NCBI GenBank assembly: GCA_947165365.1
Contig: CAMVAF010000001.1
Coordinates: 17,133-81,132 of the forward strand
Length of the DNA: 64,000 nucleotides
Source of the DNA: an uncultured Clostridia bacterium
Lineage (GTDB): Bacteria; Bacillota_I; Bacilli_A; RF39; UBA660
Direction: 5' to 3'
Position 1 is the first letter of the stretch; each line of letters starts with the position of its first letter. The notes beneath the pieces are model-generated. The model ran no database searches. It saw only the letters and a list, made by a program, of their open reading frames with translations, and was not told where the DNA came from. Below, in pieces: positions 1 to 10,109 of this stretch. The translations under genes were made by a program, and so were the position numbers.

Positions 1-2738
1 CTTCCAGCCTGTTTTAAAAATGCCGCATCAGGCGTTTTAATCATTTCATTACTGTCACCTTTTTCTTGAACCTTAAGACATACCCTAAATCTTGAGTTAC
101 TCCAAATTTGATCATTTACAACACCACTTGGTTTTTGTGTTGCAAGTATTAAGTGAACTCCTAAACTACGACCAATTCTGGCAGTTGAAATAAGTTGATC
201 CATAAACTCTGGTTGTTGACTCTTTAATTCAGCAAACTCATCAGAAATAATAAACAAATGAGGAACAGGTTCAGTAACTTTACCATCTTTAAAGAATTTC
301 TGATATTTATAAATATCAACAGTACTTTCTCCTAGTTTATCTCTTGCTTCATTAAATAATTGTTGGCGCCTTCTTAGTTCTGATTGAATTGAAGACAAAC
401 TTCTATTCATTTCACTAACATCCAAGTTGGTAATTGTTCCAGCAAGATGTGGAAGACTAACACCAGTTTCACGATTTTCAAAGGCACCAGCAAGTCCACC
501 ACCTTTATAGTCAATAAGAATAAAAGCTACATCATTTGGACTAAAATTAGTTGCCATTGAAAGAACATAAGTTATAATAAACTCACTTTTACCAGAACCA
601 GTCATACCAGCAATCAATCCATGAGGGCCATGATATTTTTCATGTAAATCAAGTTTCAATACTGTTCCTGATTTTTCAATACCAATAGGTACTGAAAGAG
701 ATTTTTGAGAATTATTAGTTTGATATCTTTGTAAAACATTTAATTGCTCTACTTTACCAACATTATACATTCCAAGGAAACTAATTGAATTTGGTAAAGC
801 CTTGTCATCATCATTAAATTCAATAGGAATATTACAAATTCTTCTAATACATTCATCAAAATCAATGCCATCACAAAACTCCGTTTGAAATTCTTTTTGA
901 TTTCCCATACTAATTTCACTTTCAAAAATACCAGATCTTTCTCTATTGACATTAATGAAATTTTTACATTCGCTTGGTAAATTTTGTATCTTTTCACTAA
1001 AAATAATTAAACCAAATCCCATGTTAACTTCAGAATCTAGGATATCCCTAATAATTTCAACTTCACGATACATATGATAATTATCTGTTATAATCAAATA
1101 ATATGGTGGTGTGTCGCCAAATTTTTTACCATTTGCTTTTCGATCTTGAAATATTCTTTCCAAATATAATGATATTTCTTTTGTTTCATCAAGATTATCG
1201 GCAAAAAAACGCATTTGCTTTGTATTGTCAAACAAATATGGCAAATTTCTCATATATTCAAAATTTCCCGCTGTTTCATTATTTGTTAATACAACAATTT
1301 TTAAAAATTCATAACTATGATAAGTCATTAACTGTAAAAGAATTCCCTTAAAGAAATCATGTAGCAAAGCATTATTTCCAACAATACTTGTAATATTTTT
1401 TTGAGTTAAAGAAACTGTTATTGGAACATTTTTCAAAAATTTTCGTTCATCAGCTATTTCGGAAATCTTACTTTTTAGTTCGTCCTCTTCCATTGAAAAA
1501 CTTTCTTTAGAATATTTGATATCAGCAAAAATTGGAGTATTACCTAACCCTAATCTTAATGCAAGAAAATCCTCTTGATTAATATTTCTTTCCCAAAGAT
1601 TACTTTTTTTACGCATAATTATATTTGCACATTCTGATAAAGGAATATATTTATCTTTTAATGTTTGTGATTGTTTTGCAATAATACCATCTATTTCTTT
1701 TGCTTTACTTTCTAAATATTCCGTATACTTTTCAACTCTTTGTTTTTCTAATTTTTTTCTTCTTCTTTTTTCAACAATTCGAGCAATTATTGGCCATATA
1801 AGCATACTTAAAAACATACTACCTGCAGTAACAAGTGCTGGTATTGACTGTTTCCATGTCGTAGTACCGCTTTGAACATTATTGATAGTTGTAAATGCCG
1901 TTGTAAATGATGTAAGTGCCATCGTAAACATTGGTCCATATGTTAATATAAAAGATTGTTCTTGTTGATTTATCTTTGCAGGTGGATTATCAATAACAAC
2001 TTCTTCTTTATATATATCCTCAATAAATCTTGGAGAACGATAAAAATATTCTTCTTTGGCATATAAACTACGATTTAATTCTTCATCTTTTAATACAACA
2101 TTACTAATTTGATATACTTCTTTAGGTTTAATTCTTAAAATACTAGAAGAAACCCTAACAGCATTTTTAACTGCATTAATTAATAAGAAATTATTCATTA
2201 CAATTATCTTTAAACCAGCAATAAAAATAATATCACCATATTTTAAAACCTTAGTTCCTGGTATTCTACAATCATTTACATAAACACCAGTTGGAGTATT
2301 ATTATCTGTTATTTGCCATAAACCATTATTATAATCAAGTTTAGCATGCATATCACTAATCAAGACATGATGATATATAATATCACATGTATCATTTTGT
2401 CCAATAATTAAACCACCATTGGAAACAATATTATAAGCTACATATGAAGATTCAATATCAGGAATAGCATATAAATAATAATAATTCTTTTCACTATCAT
2501 TTTTTATAGTATAAAATTGATATTCTGATAAATAAACACGATCATGCATATTTTGAGTATCAACAATATGAGTTTCATAGTTACTAGTTAAAATCCATCT
2601 TCCATCACTTGCTTCAACATTTATTAAATTTCGCAAATTATCATAACTATCAATATCAGTAATCCAAAAATTCTCCTTAACCTCTTTTGGTAAATTATAA
2701 TGATAAATCCTTCCATTTTTTATTAATAGTACCTTCAT
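1..2738 (-). CDS. essC: Type VII secretion FtsK/SpoIIIE-family ATPase EssC/YukB (5' ~912 codons; 3' end lies left of the window)
   Basis: It is absent from the ORF track because it has no stop inside the window. My translation of the minus strand from ATG 2738 (RBS GGAGTGG at 2741-2747) stays open to nt 1. It reads MKVLLIKNGRIYHYNLPKEV... (FHA-like N-terminus), then hydrophobic segments, then the P-loop HGLIAGMTGSGKSEF (nt ~575-620) and GVHLILATQKPSG (nt ~125-165). Confidence 0.8.
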   Translation of the reverse strand, partial: MKVLLIKNGRIYHYNLPKEVKENFWITDIDSYDNLRNLINVEASDGRWILTSNYETHIVDTQNMHDRVYLSEYQFYTIKNDSEKNYYYLYAIPDIESSYVAYNIVSNGGLIIGQNDTCDIIYHHVLISDMHAKLDYNNGLWQITDNNTPTGVYVNDCRIPGTKVLKYGDIIFIAGLKIIVMNNFLLINAVKNAVRVSSSILRIKPKEVYQISNVVLKDEELNRSLYAKEEYFYRSPRFIEDIYKEEVVIDNPPAKINQQEQSFILTYGPMFTMALTSFTTAFTTINNVQSGTTTWKQSIPALVTAGSMFLSMLIWPIIARIVEKRRRKKLEKQRVEKYTEYLESKAKEIDGIIAKQSQTLKDKYIPLSECANIIMRKKSNLWERNINQEDFLALRLGLGNTPIFADIKYSKESFSMEEDELKSKISEIADERKFLKNVPITVSLTQKNITSIVGNNALLHDFFKGILLQLMTYHSYEFLKIVVLTNNETAGNFEYMRNLPYLFDNTKQMRFFADNLDETKEISLYLERIFQDRKANGKKFGDTPPYYLIITDNYHMYREVEIIRDILDSEVNMGFGLIIFSEKIQNLPSECKNFINVNRERSGIFESEISMGNQKEFQTEFCDGIDFDECIRRICNIPIEFNDDDKALPNSISFLGMYNVGKVEQLNVLQRYQTNNSQKSLSVPIGIEKSGTVLKLDLHEKYHGPHGLIAGMTGSGKSEFIITYVLSMATNFSPNDVAFILIDYKGGGLAGAFENRETGVSLPHLAGTITNLDVSEMNRSLSSIQSELRRRQQLFNEARDKLGESTVDIYKYQKFFKDGKVTEPVPHLFIISDEFAELKSQQPEFMDQLISTARIGRSLGVHLILATQKPSGVVNDQIWSNSRFRVCLKVQEKGDSNEMIKTPDAAFLKQAG

Positions 2739-2818
2739 AGCCACTCCTTATCATATAATCAATTATAACATTTTTATTTATCATAATCAATCAGTATAAT
2801 AATTTTTTTTGTTTTTTT

Positions 2819-3388
2819 TTACTTATTTATAAAATATACTTTATTTTTAAAATAATAAGCATAACTTATATTATTTATATTTATTTTTTCTTTATTTAGT
2901 TCAATATTTAACCAGTTGCAATCTTTTCTTATTAACTTAAGATTTTCTTCTCTAACAATCCCATCAATAATAATACTAACAGGATAATGCTTTATTAATT
3001 TATCTTTTATAATTATTAAATGATTATTTTTTAAAAGACAAAAAGATATTTCATCTAATTTAATATGTCTTATTTTAAAGTAATTAATTAATTTTTGATA
3101 ACTATAATAAGTAATCAAATTATGAAAATTAATATTACCATCCTTAATTAGAATTATTTCATCATCATGATTTTGATAATAAATAATAATTTTATAAATT
3201 ATTATTGTTGAAATAGTAAATAACAAAAAGTAAATAAAATTAATATCATGATATATAAAGAAAAAAGATAAATTCAAATGAAATATAAGAATTATAAATG
3301 TATAAACATTTATTTTGTTTTTCATTATAAAAGATATCATTATATCAATCAAAAAATACATTAACACATTAAAAAATAAATAGATCAT
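2819..3388 (-). CDS. YetF/DUF421-family membrane protein
   Basis: It has a hydrophobic N-terminal half. The C-terminal half contains ILIKDGNINFHNL... and PVSIIIDGIVREENLKLIRKDCNWLNIELNK, which resembles B. subtilis YetF PITLIIDGEIVRDNLKEAGVDEQWLKQELKK (recalled from memory). Confidence 0.65.
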   Translation of the reverse strand: MIYLFFNVLMYFLIDIMISFIMKNKINVYTFIILIFHLNLSFFFIYHDINFIYFLLFTISTIIIYKIIIYYQNHDDEIILIKDGNINFHNLITYYSYQKLINYFKIRHIKLDEISFCLLKNNHLIIIKDKLIKHYPVSIIIDGIVREENLKLIRKDCNWLNIELNKEKININNISYAYYFKNKVYFINK

Positions 3389-3425
3389 AATATCACCAAA
3401 TACATTATGATTTATTTATTATTAT

Positions 3426-4115
3426 TTATTCACCAATATAATAATGTCTTATTACAGTTAAATCATCATTTAATTCGTAACAAATTGGTGAACCAGTTTT
3501 AATTTCTAAGTTCATTACTTCGCTATCAGATAAATTATCTAAGTATTTCATTAATCCTCTTAAGGAATTTCCATGAGCTGCAATAATTACTTTTTTACCA
3601 TTTAGAATATCTTTTTTGATATCACTATTCCAATAATCTACAACTCTTTTAATTGTATCAATTAAATTTTCTGTTTTAGGAAGTTCATCTTCTTTTAAAT
3701 CTTGATATTTTGGATCATTTCCTGGATATCTTGGATCATCAACAGATAAACAAGGAGGTCTTACATCTGCACTTCTTCTCCACAATTTTACCTGTTCTTC
3801 CCCGTATTTTTCCTTTGTTTCATCTTTATTCAAACCCTGTAAAGCACCATAATGTCTTTCATTTAATTTCCAAGAATATTTAATTGGTATAGACAAATCC
3901 ATCTCTTTTAATATGATATCCAATGTATCATTAGCTCTTTTTAGAAAAGATGTATAAGCAACATCAAAAGAATAATTTTTTTCTTTTAAAAGTCTACCAG
4001 CATTTTTAGCTTCTTCAATTCCTTTATCTGATAAAGGCACATCTGTCCAACCAGTAAATTTATTTTCCATATTCCAAACACTTTCGCCATGCCTTACTAA
4101 AACTAATTTTATCAT
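3426..4115 (-). CDS. gpmA: 2,3-bisphosphoglycerate-dependent phosphoglycerate mutase
   Basis: [26 protein letters not shown] is the histidine-phosphatase RHGE motif. The length is typical of dPGM. Confidence 0.95.
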   Translation of the reverse strand: MIKLVLVRHGESVWNMENKFTGWTDVPLSDKGIEEAKNAGRLLKEKNYSFDVAYTSFLKRANDTLDIILKEMDLSIPIKYSWKLNERHYGALQGLNKDETKEKYGEEQVKLWRRSADVRPPCLSVDDPRYPGNDPKYQDLKEDELPKTENLIDTIKRVVDYWNSDIKKDILNGKKVIIAAHGNSLRGLMKYLDNLSDSEVMNLEIKTGSPICYELNDDLTVIRHYYIGE

Positions 4116-4123
4116 AATCCTCC

Positions 4124-4717
4124 CTATATTGTTTCCACCAATAATGTTTCTATTAAATTAAGTACCTCATCTCTTCCCTTTTTATTTAAAGAAGAAAACA
4201 TTACCATATTATCATCTTTGTTTAATTCTAAATGTTCTTTCACTACTTTGATATTTTTATCATATTTACTGCTACCAACTTTATCACACTTATTTAAAAT
4301 AATAGTTACTGGGATATCATAATACTTTAAAAACTGATACATTAAAACATCATCCTCAGTAGGTTTAATTCGAAAATCAATTATCATAAATACTCTTTTT
4401 AACTGTTTTCTATTTTCTAAATATTCTTCAATTAATAACCCCATCTTTTGTTGCATATCGCGATTTACTGAAGCATATCCATACCCTGGTACATCTACAA
4501 GATAAAAAGCATTATTTACAAGATAAAAATTAAGTGTTTGTGTTTTACCAGGAGTACTAGATATTCTAGCAAGATTTTTTTGACCTGTTAGTGTATTAAT
4601 AAAACTACTTTTACCAACATTACTTCTTCCAACAAGTAAAAATTCTGGTAATTCATCTGTTGGATATTGACTAATTCTTGTTGCCAATATTTTTAAAAAT
4701 GCATTATTAATTTTCAT
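4124..4717 (-). CDS. engB: Ribosome-biogenesis GTPase EngB/YsxC
   Basis: G1 motif [12 protein letters not shown] and NKCDK (G4) are present. The ORF track starts at 4729. I prefer ATG 4717 (MKINNAFLK) because GGGGA lies about 9 nt upstream. Confidence 0.9.
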   Translation of the reverse strand: MKINNAFLKILATRISQYPTDELPEFLLVGRSNVGKSSFINTLTGQKNLARISSTPGKTQTLNFYLVNNAFYLVDVPGYGYASVNRDMQQKMGLLIEEYLENRKQLKRVFMIIDFRIKPTEDDVLMYQFLKYYDIPVTIILNKCDKVGSSKYDKNIKVVKEHLELNKDDNMVMFSSLNKKGRDEVLNLIETLLVETI

Positions 4718-5687
4718 TGTTTTCCCCATCTTTCTCTTTTTTTAAATATTTTTCTAACACTTCATCTAATTCTTTAATTAATAAATCAATTTCTGAAACA
4801 TCAGTAATTCTTGCACCACTTGCATAATTATGACCACCACCATGATACTTTTCGGCCACTTTATTAATAATTGGTCCACGAGATCTTATTGAAATACGAT
4901 AATTTTCGTTTTTAACATCTTCTGTAACAAAAATCCAAACATAAACTTTATCAATATAATTAAAGTTACCTATCATATTTCCAGGTGCAGCAGCATCCGT
5001 TTTAAATTCTTCAAGCATTTTATCTGTTATTTTAATATAACCTACACCATTTTCCGTTATTTCCATATTACATGCGATATAACCTTCTAATCTTATTTCC
5101 TCTAAAGGTCTTAGATAAAGTGGTTCATATAACTTATTAATGTTAAGATGATATTTTTTTATTAAATCACCAACCAAATGAAATGTTTCTGGACTAGAAT
5201 TATTAAACATAAAACGATTTGTATCAGAAATTATTCCCCAAAATATTTCACTAGCTATCTCTTCATCCATTAATAAAGGTGTTTCATTAATAAGTTTTAA
5301 AACAATTTCACTAGCACTTGATGACATAACATCAATATATTCTAAAGAATCATTTTTAAATTTTTCAATAAAAGGATGATGATCTATCTTGATTACATCA
5401 CTAAATTTATTAATGTCAAGAACACCATCAATTCTTTTAATATCAGGTGTATCACATACTATAAGAAGAGTATTATCTTCTATTTCTTCACACTTATCAA
5501 ATTTTCCAAAATAGGAAAAGCGATTACTTCCAGTCCCCAATAATTTAACATCTTTATCAGGAAACGTTAAAAGAATACTGTTTTTAAGAGACATTGTTGA
5601 TCCTACTGCATCAGGATCAGCCCCAATATGTCTTGCTATTCTTATTTTTTGATATTTTTTTATTAAATTATATATATCATTAAACAT
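4707..5687 (-). CDS. nrnA: DHH/DHHA1 phosphoesterase, NrnA-like oligoribonuclease / pAp phosphatase
   Basis: ARHIGADPDAVGS, DHH (IKIDHHP) and GGGH (YHGGGHNYASG) motifs are present. Confidence 0.8.
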   Translation of the reverse strand: MFNDIYNLIKKYQKIRIARHIGADPDAVGSTMSLKNSILLTFPDKDVKLLGTGSNRFSYFGKFDKCEEIEDNTLLIVCDTPDIKRIDGVLDINKFSDVIKIDHHPFIEKFKNDSLEYIDVMSSSASEIVLKLINETPLLMDEEIASEIFWGIISDTNRFMFNNSSPETFHLVGDLIKKYHLNINKLYEPLYLRPLEEIRLEGYIACNMEITENGVGYIKITDKMLEEFKTDAAAPGNMIGNFNYIDKVYVWIFVTEDVKNENYRISIRSRGPIINKVAEKYHGGGHNYASGARITDVSEIDLLIKELDEVLEKYLKKEKDGENNEN

Positions 5688-5695
5688 AACAATAC

Positions 5696-6874
5696 CTATT
5701 TAGCAAGATTATAATTATCTCTTGCTATCATTATTTCTTCATCAGTTGGAATGATATAACATGGAACTTTTGATTCAGTAGTAGTTACCAGTTTTTCTTC
5801 ACCACGACAGTTATTAGCTTCATAATCTGGAATTACTCCTAAAACACTTAATCCTTCCATAATATCTATTCTTGTACGAATTGAATTTTCTCCAACACCA
5901 GCTGAAAAGGCAATAGCATCAACTCCACCCATTTCAAAATAATACATAGCTATATAATCAATAATTTTTTGTACATACATTTTTTGAGCTAAAACACATC
6001 TTTCATTTCCTTTGCTAATACCTTCTTCAATATCTCTTGAATCATTAGATACTCCAGAAATACCAAGTAATCCACTCTTTTTATTTAGAATATTATCCAT
6101 TTCTTTTGGTGTAATATTTTCTTTTTGCATCATATATGTAAGAATTGATGTATCCACATCACCACATCTTGTTCCCATAATTAAACCAGCATTAGGAGTA
6201 AGACCCATAGATGTATCAACACAAATACCATCACGGATAGCAGATACTGAAGCACCACTACCAATATGACAAGTAATTAATTTTGTATTAGTTCTACCTA
6301 ATAAAGAATTTAATCTTGATGCAATATATTTATGACTTGTTCCATGAGCGCCATATTTTCTTACTTTATATTTAGTATACCATTCATATGGTACAGCATA
6401 CATATAATTTACTGGTTCAATTGTTTGATGGAAAGCTGTATCAAAAGTAACTGTTTCCATTGCACCTGGAATAACTTCTTTTGCCGCATTAATACCTGTT
6501 ACAGCTGCTTTATTATGAAGCGGTGCAAGTGTTGCTAGTTCACTGATTTTACTTACAGCATCATCATCTGCAATAACAGTTTTATCAAAATAATCTCCAC
6601 CTTGAACTATACGATGTCCAATTCCTTTGATTTCATCTAGTTTTTTAATAATTTTATTTTTCTTTAACTCTTCAACTAATATTTCAAAAGCTACTTTATG
6701 ATCAGGTAAAACTATTTCTTTGCTATACTTATCATCATCTAATTTGATTGTATAACTAGACATTTTCTCCCCGATTCTTTCAAATAGTCCTGAAATTAAT
6801 ACTTTTTCTTCAGGCATTTCATACATCTTAAACTTAAGTGATGAACTACCACAATTTACTGCTAATATTTTCAT
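5696..6874 (-). CDS. ackA: Acetate kinase
   Basis: MKILAVNCGSSSLKFKMY..., GHRIVQGG and a typical 392-aa length. Confidence 0.95.
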   Translation of the reverse strand: MKILAVNCGSSSLKFKMYEMPEEKVLISGLFERIGEKMSSYTIKLDDDKYSKEIVLPDHKVAFEILVEELKKNKIIKKLDEIKGIGHRIVQGGDYFDKTVIADDDAVSKISELATLAPLHNKAAVTGINAAKEVIPGAMETVTFDTAFHQTIEPVNYMYAVPYEWYTKYKVRKYGAHGTSHKYIASRLNSLLGRTNTKLITCHIGSGASVSAIRDGICVDTSMGLTPNAGLIMGTRCGDVDTSILTYMMQKENITPKEMDNILNKKSGLLGISGVSNDSRDIEEGISKGNERCVLAQKMYVQKIIDYIAMYYFEMGGVDAIAFSAGVGENSIRTRIDIMEGLSVLGVIPDYEANNCRGEEKLVTTTESKVPCYIIPTDEEIMIARDNYNLAK

Positions 6875-6980
6875 AATCTCTCCTTCTTTTCTTTTATATT
6901 ATACTATAAATACAAAATAAAAAAAAGTCCTAACCTATCTTTTTTTAGATAATTAAGACTTTTTTCTTAAAAATATATTT

Positions 6981-7868
6981 TTATATCTCTATTAATTCAT
7001 AATCAGTATTACCAAGACCTAAACTTTCTGCATATCCTGTTATGTGGCGACCACATCGTGTATCAATTCTTTCCTTTATAGAATCTGTTCCCTCTTCGTG
7101 AGTTTTCCATATAGCATCTATAAATGCCTCGTCATTAGCAACCGGATCAAGACTTGCAAAAATACCGATATCAGAAATAACAGGGTCTCCTTGATGAGCA
7201 TCACAATCACAATCAAGAGATATATTATTTGCAACTGTTATATAAGCAATCTTTTTATGATTATCTTTTAAATAATCAGATACAGCTGTAGCAGCTTCTG
7301 CCATACTTTCTATGAAATCTTTTTGTTCATAGTCTACACTCCAACAAAGATTAGGATCTTCGGTTTTTCCACAACTATGAATATAAGCTTTACCATTACG
7401 AGACGCAATACCAATAGATTGATTTTTAAGATTTGCTCCAAATCCTCCCATAGCATGTCCTTTTCCATGAGCAAGATTTAAAATACTATCATAATTTTTA
7501 AAATTTTCGCCAACAATATCATATTTTAAATGTTTACCCCTTTTTACAGGAATTTTAAATTCAGATGTACCATCCATAATATCTACATCACTAAATTCTG
7601 TAAAACCATGTTCCTGGGCAACTTCTAAATGATCCTCTAAAGTATTTCTTGCCCCATCATAAGCCGTGTTACATTCAATTATCGTTCCATGAAGTTTAGA
7701 AACTAATGGTGCTATTAAATCTTTCTTCAAATATCCCTTAGAACCTCTTTCCCCAGTTGAAACTTTAACGCCAACATTACCATCTAGCTCAATACCTAAT
7801 TTTTCGTATATTTCAATTAGTTTTTCACTTGATATTTCCTTACTAAAATAAACTTTACTTTTTTCCAT
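6981..7868 (-). CDS. DUF362 domain-containing protein
   Basis: MEKSKVYFSKE... is an N-terminus typical of DUF362 proteins, and a DCDCDAHQG Cys cluster is present. The ORF track starts at 7910. ATG 7868 has an AAAGAGG RBS. Confidence 0.65.
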   Translation of the reverse strand: MEKSKVYFSKEISSEKLIEIYEKLGIELDGNVGVKVSTGERGSKGYLKKDLIAPLVSKLHGTIIECNTAYDGARNTLEDHLEVAQEHGFTEFSDVDIMDGTSEFKIPVKRGKHLKYDIVGENFKNYDSILNLAHGKGHAMGGFGANLKNQSIGIASRNGKAYIHSCGKTEDPNLCWSVDYEQKDFIESMAEAATAVSDYLKDNHKKIAYITVANNISLDCDCDAHQGDPVISDIGIFASLDPVANDEAFIDAIWKTHEEGTDSIKERIDTRCGRHITGYAESLGLGNTDYELIEI

Positions 7869-7906
7869 AATACCTCTTTTCCTCATAATTAATATTTTTT
7901 TACTAT

Positions 7907-9109
7907 TCACTTATAAAATATATCAAAATCAACAGTATTACCTGTTATTCCATCTATTTTGGCACTACTTGTTCTTTGCCAATAAGAATATTTTCCTTGA
8001 TATGTTGTATTACTTGTATAATGAGCAAGCCAAACATCATTAGTATTATTAATCCAAAAATTTTCTAAATAGTGCTTACTACTATATAACATAACATCAT
8101 GTCCTAAAAGTTTCAATGATTTTAAAAAAGCTTTAGCCATATTATTAAGAGTATTAACACTCATATGATATTTATTATAATTTGACCAATTCTCCCAATC
8201 TAATACTATTGGTAAATCTAATTTATATTTACTAATAGTATTATGAACCCATAAAGCATCTTCTATCGCCTTATCAACACTATTAGCATGTGAATAATAA
8301 TATACTCCAACAGGAATATTTACCTTTTTAAACCCTTCAATATTTCTTTCAAACTTAGGATCAATATAATAATCTTTTCCTATACCATTTTCGCCACCTA
8401 ATTTAATAAAAACAAATTCAACACCAGCATCTTTTACTTTTTGATAGTTAATATCTCCTTGCCACTTAGAAACATCAATTCCTATTAAGGTATTATCATT
8501 TTTATACTGATTATACAAATCTTTAAAAGGAATAGATTTTGAAGAAGTACTTGAAGTTTGCTTTTTTTCAATAACTTTTAAAGTAAAATCCTTCGTCGTT
8601 TCATTACCAAAGTGATCTTTTGCAGTAAATACCATAGGATAACTTCCTAAAGTGTTACTATCATAATCACCACTTATAGTACAATCTGGATTATCATCAT
8701 AATCATCATAACAAAGTATTACATCTAATAAATTTTTACTATATCCTTTTGTTATAGTATAAGTATTATTCAAATTAATAGTTGGAGCTTTTATATCAAT
8801 TATTTGAATATCATAAGAATAGTTAACTTTTATATTTTCTTCATTAATATAGGAAAAAGTAATCTTTTTACTACCTACAACTGAAGTATCAATTATATAA
8901 TCATCAATTATTTTACCATTGATATTCATTATAAAATCACTAACTTTAACTAAAGAATTATATGGTATTTTAAGATTTTCCTTAAGATCCACTTTAATAA
9001 TAGCATTCTTTATTTTTTGCTCTTCCTGATATTCATGATATTTCATATATCCAAAGTATCCACAAATAATTAATAAAATGATCGTAATAATCAAAATAAA
9101 CTTCTTCAT
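7907..9109 (-). CDS. Membrane-anchored GH25 muramidase (lysozyme) with Ig-like domain
   Basis: GIDVSKWQGDINYQKVKDAGVEFVFIKLG is the GH25 signature. The N-terminal TM is MKKFILIITIILLIICGYF. The ORF-track start at 9193 runs into a GC-rich structured leader. ATG 9109 has an AGGGAG RBS. Confidence 0.8.
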   Translation of the reverse strand: MKKFILIITIILLIICGYFGYMKYHEYQEEQKIKNAIIKVDLKENLKIPYNSLVKVSDFIMNINGKIIDDYIIDTSVVGSKKITFSYINEENIKVNYSYDIQIIDIKAPTINLNNTYTITKGYSKNLLDVILCYDDYDDNPDCTISGDYDSNTLGSYPMVFTAKDHFGNETTKDFTLKVIEKKQTSSTSSKSIPFKDLYNQYKNDNTLIGIDVSKWQGDINYQKVKDAGVEFVFIKLGGENGIGKDYYIDPKFERNIEGFKKVNIPVGVYYYSHANSVDKAIEDALWVHNTISKYKLDLPIVLDWENWSNYNKYHMSVNTLNNMAKAFLKSLKLLGHDVMLYSSKHYLENFWINNTNDVWLAHYTSNTTYQGKYSYWQRTSSAKIDGITGNTVDFDIFYK

Positions 9110-9126
9110 AAACACTCCCTTTTCAT

Positions 9127-9290
9127 ACAAAAAAAATCCAGAAAATCGAAAGCCGGACAATAAAACCCGCGTCGCCACGAGGTGGGTGTCCATAATTAAT
9201 CATTAGGATCCTTAGGAACTCACACTAAGTATTCAACACAGATTAATGCTCCTGACTCCCGTAATATATTTTTAGTCGGTTTTATAACCA
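9127..9290 (-). promoter_or_regulatory. Structured 5' leader with terminator; candidate ydaO/yuaA-class (c-di-AMP) riboswitch
   Basis: This is a GC-rich island in AT-rich DNA. On the minus strand, a closing helix AUAAAACC (9279-9286) / GGUUUUAU (9160-9167) encloses ACGGGAGUCAGGAGCAUUAAUCUG ... GGACACCCACCUCGUGGCG. UCCGG-loop-CUGGA followed by U8 (9127-9158) comes next. The motifs resemble ACGG(A/G)G..., G..UUAAUC and CACCC...CUCGU..GC of ydaO aptamers as I recall them. Confidence 0.35.
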
Positions 9291-9389
9291 TGCACTTTCA
9301 TATCTTCTAGACACTTATAATATATCATATTTTTTTATTATTTTCTATATATTTTACAAAAAAACTTTAATTTGTCACAGATTTTACAT

Positions 9390-10109
9390 TTATCTTTTTA
9401 CCAAACTATACAAAACATTAACTTCTTTTTTAGAAAGTTCGCGATACTCTCCACTTTTTAAATTTTTCACATTAAGTCCCGCAAAAGAAAGTCTTGTTAA
9501 TTTATCAACAAGGATACCTACACTTTCAAACATTTTTTTTACTTGATGATTTCTTCCTTCATGAATTGTAACTAATACTAAAGAGGTATTAGTCTTTTTA
9601 TCATATGATTTTTGTCTTACCTTACATGGACTAGTTTTATAATTATCTATATATACCCCTTTTTCTAGTTTATTTCTTTGTTCAATCGATAAAAAACCTT
9701 TAATTTTAGCAAGATATATTTTTTCAATATTATTTTTAGGATGAATTAATTTATTACATAAATCTCCATCATTAGTTAATAGAAGAGTTCCCGTTGTATC
9801 ATAATCAAGTCTTCCTACAGGATATACTTTTATATCACTATCAATTAAATCAACAACAGTTTTTCTTCCCTTATCATCTTTTGTTGTTGTTACTACACCT
9901 CTTGGTTTATTAAGCAAAAAATATTTATAATTACCATTATTTCGAGTTATGATTTCATTATCAACCATAATAATATCATTTGCTGATACCTTATCTCCAA
10001 GTATAGCTATTTTACCATTAATACTTACTCTTCCTTCTTTAATTAAATCTTCCGCTTTTCTTCTTGAGGAAAACCCACTATTACTAATTACTTTTTGAAC
10101 TCTTTCCAT
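9390..10109 (-). CDS. rluB: 23S rRNA pseudouridine synthase, RsuA/RluB family (S4 domain)
   Basis: An S4 N-terminus (SRRKAEDLIKEGRVSING) and the catalytic motif VGRLDYDTTGTLLLTNDG are present. Confidence 0.85.
   Translation of the reverse strand: MERVQKVISNSGFSSRRKAEDLIKEGRVSINGKIAILGDKVSANDIIMVDNEIITRNNGNYKYFLLNKPRGVVTTTKDDKGRKTVVDLIDSDIKVYPVGRLDYDTTGTLLLTNDGDLCNKLIHPKNNIEKIYLAKIKGFLSIEQRNKLEKGVYIDNYKTSPCKVRQKSYDKKTNTSLVLVTIHEGRNHQVKKMFESVGILVDKLTRLSFAGLNVKNLKSGEYRELSKKEVNVLYSLVKR

Noticed and set aside
749-1351. Two 82-aa ORFs (749..997 minus and 1103..1351 plus) are the only ORF-track entries in the first 2.7 kb.
   Set aside because: They fall inside the essC reading frame, which the track omitted because it is truncated by the window edge. 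They are spurious.
9110-9193. A 28-codon N-terminal extension of the GH25 gene appears in the ORF track (MDTHLVATRVLLSGFRFSGFFLYEKGVF).
   Set aside because: It reads through the GC-rich structured leader and terminator and has no RBS. The ATG at 9109 has a strong RBS and begins a normal signal anchor.
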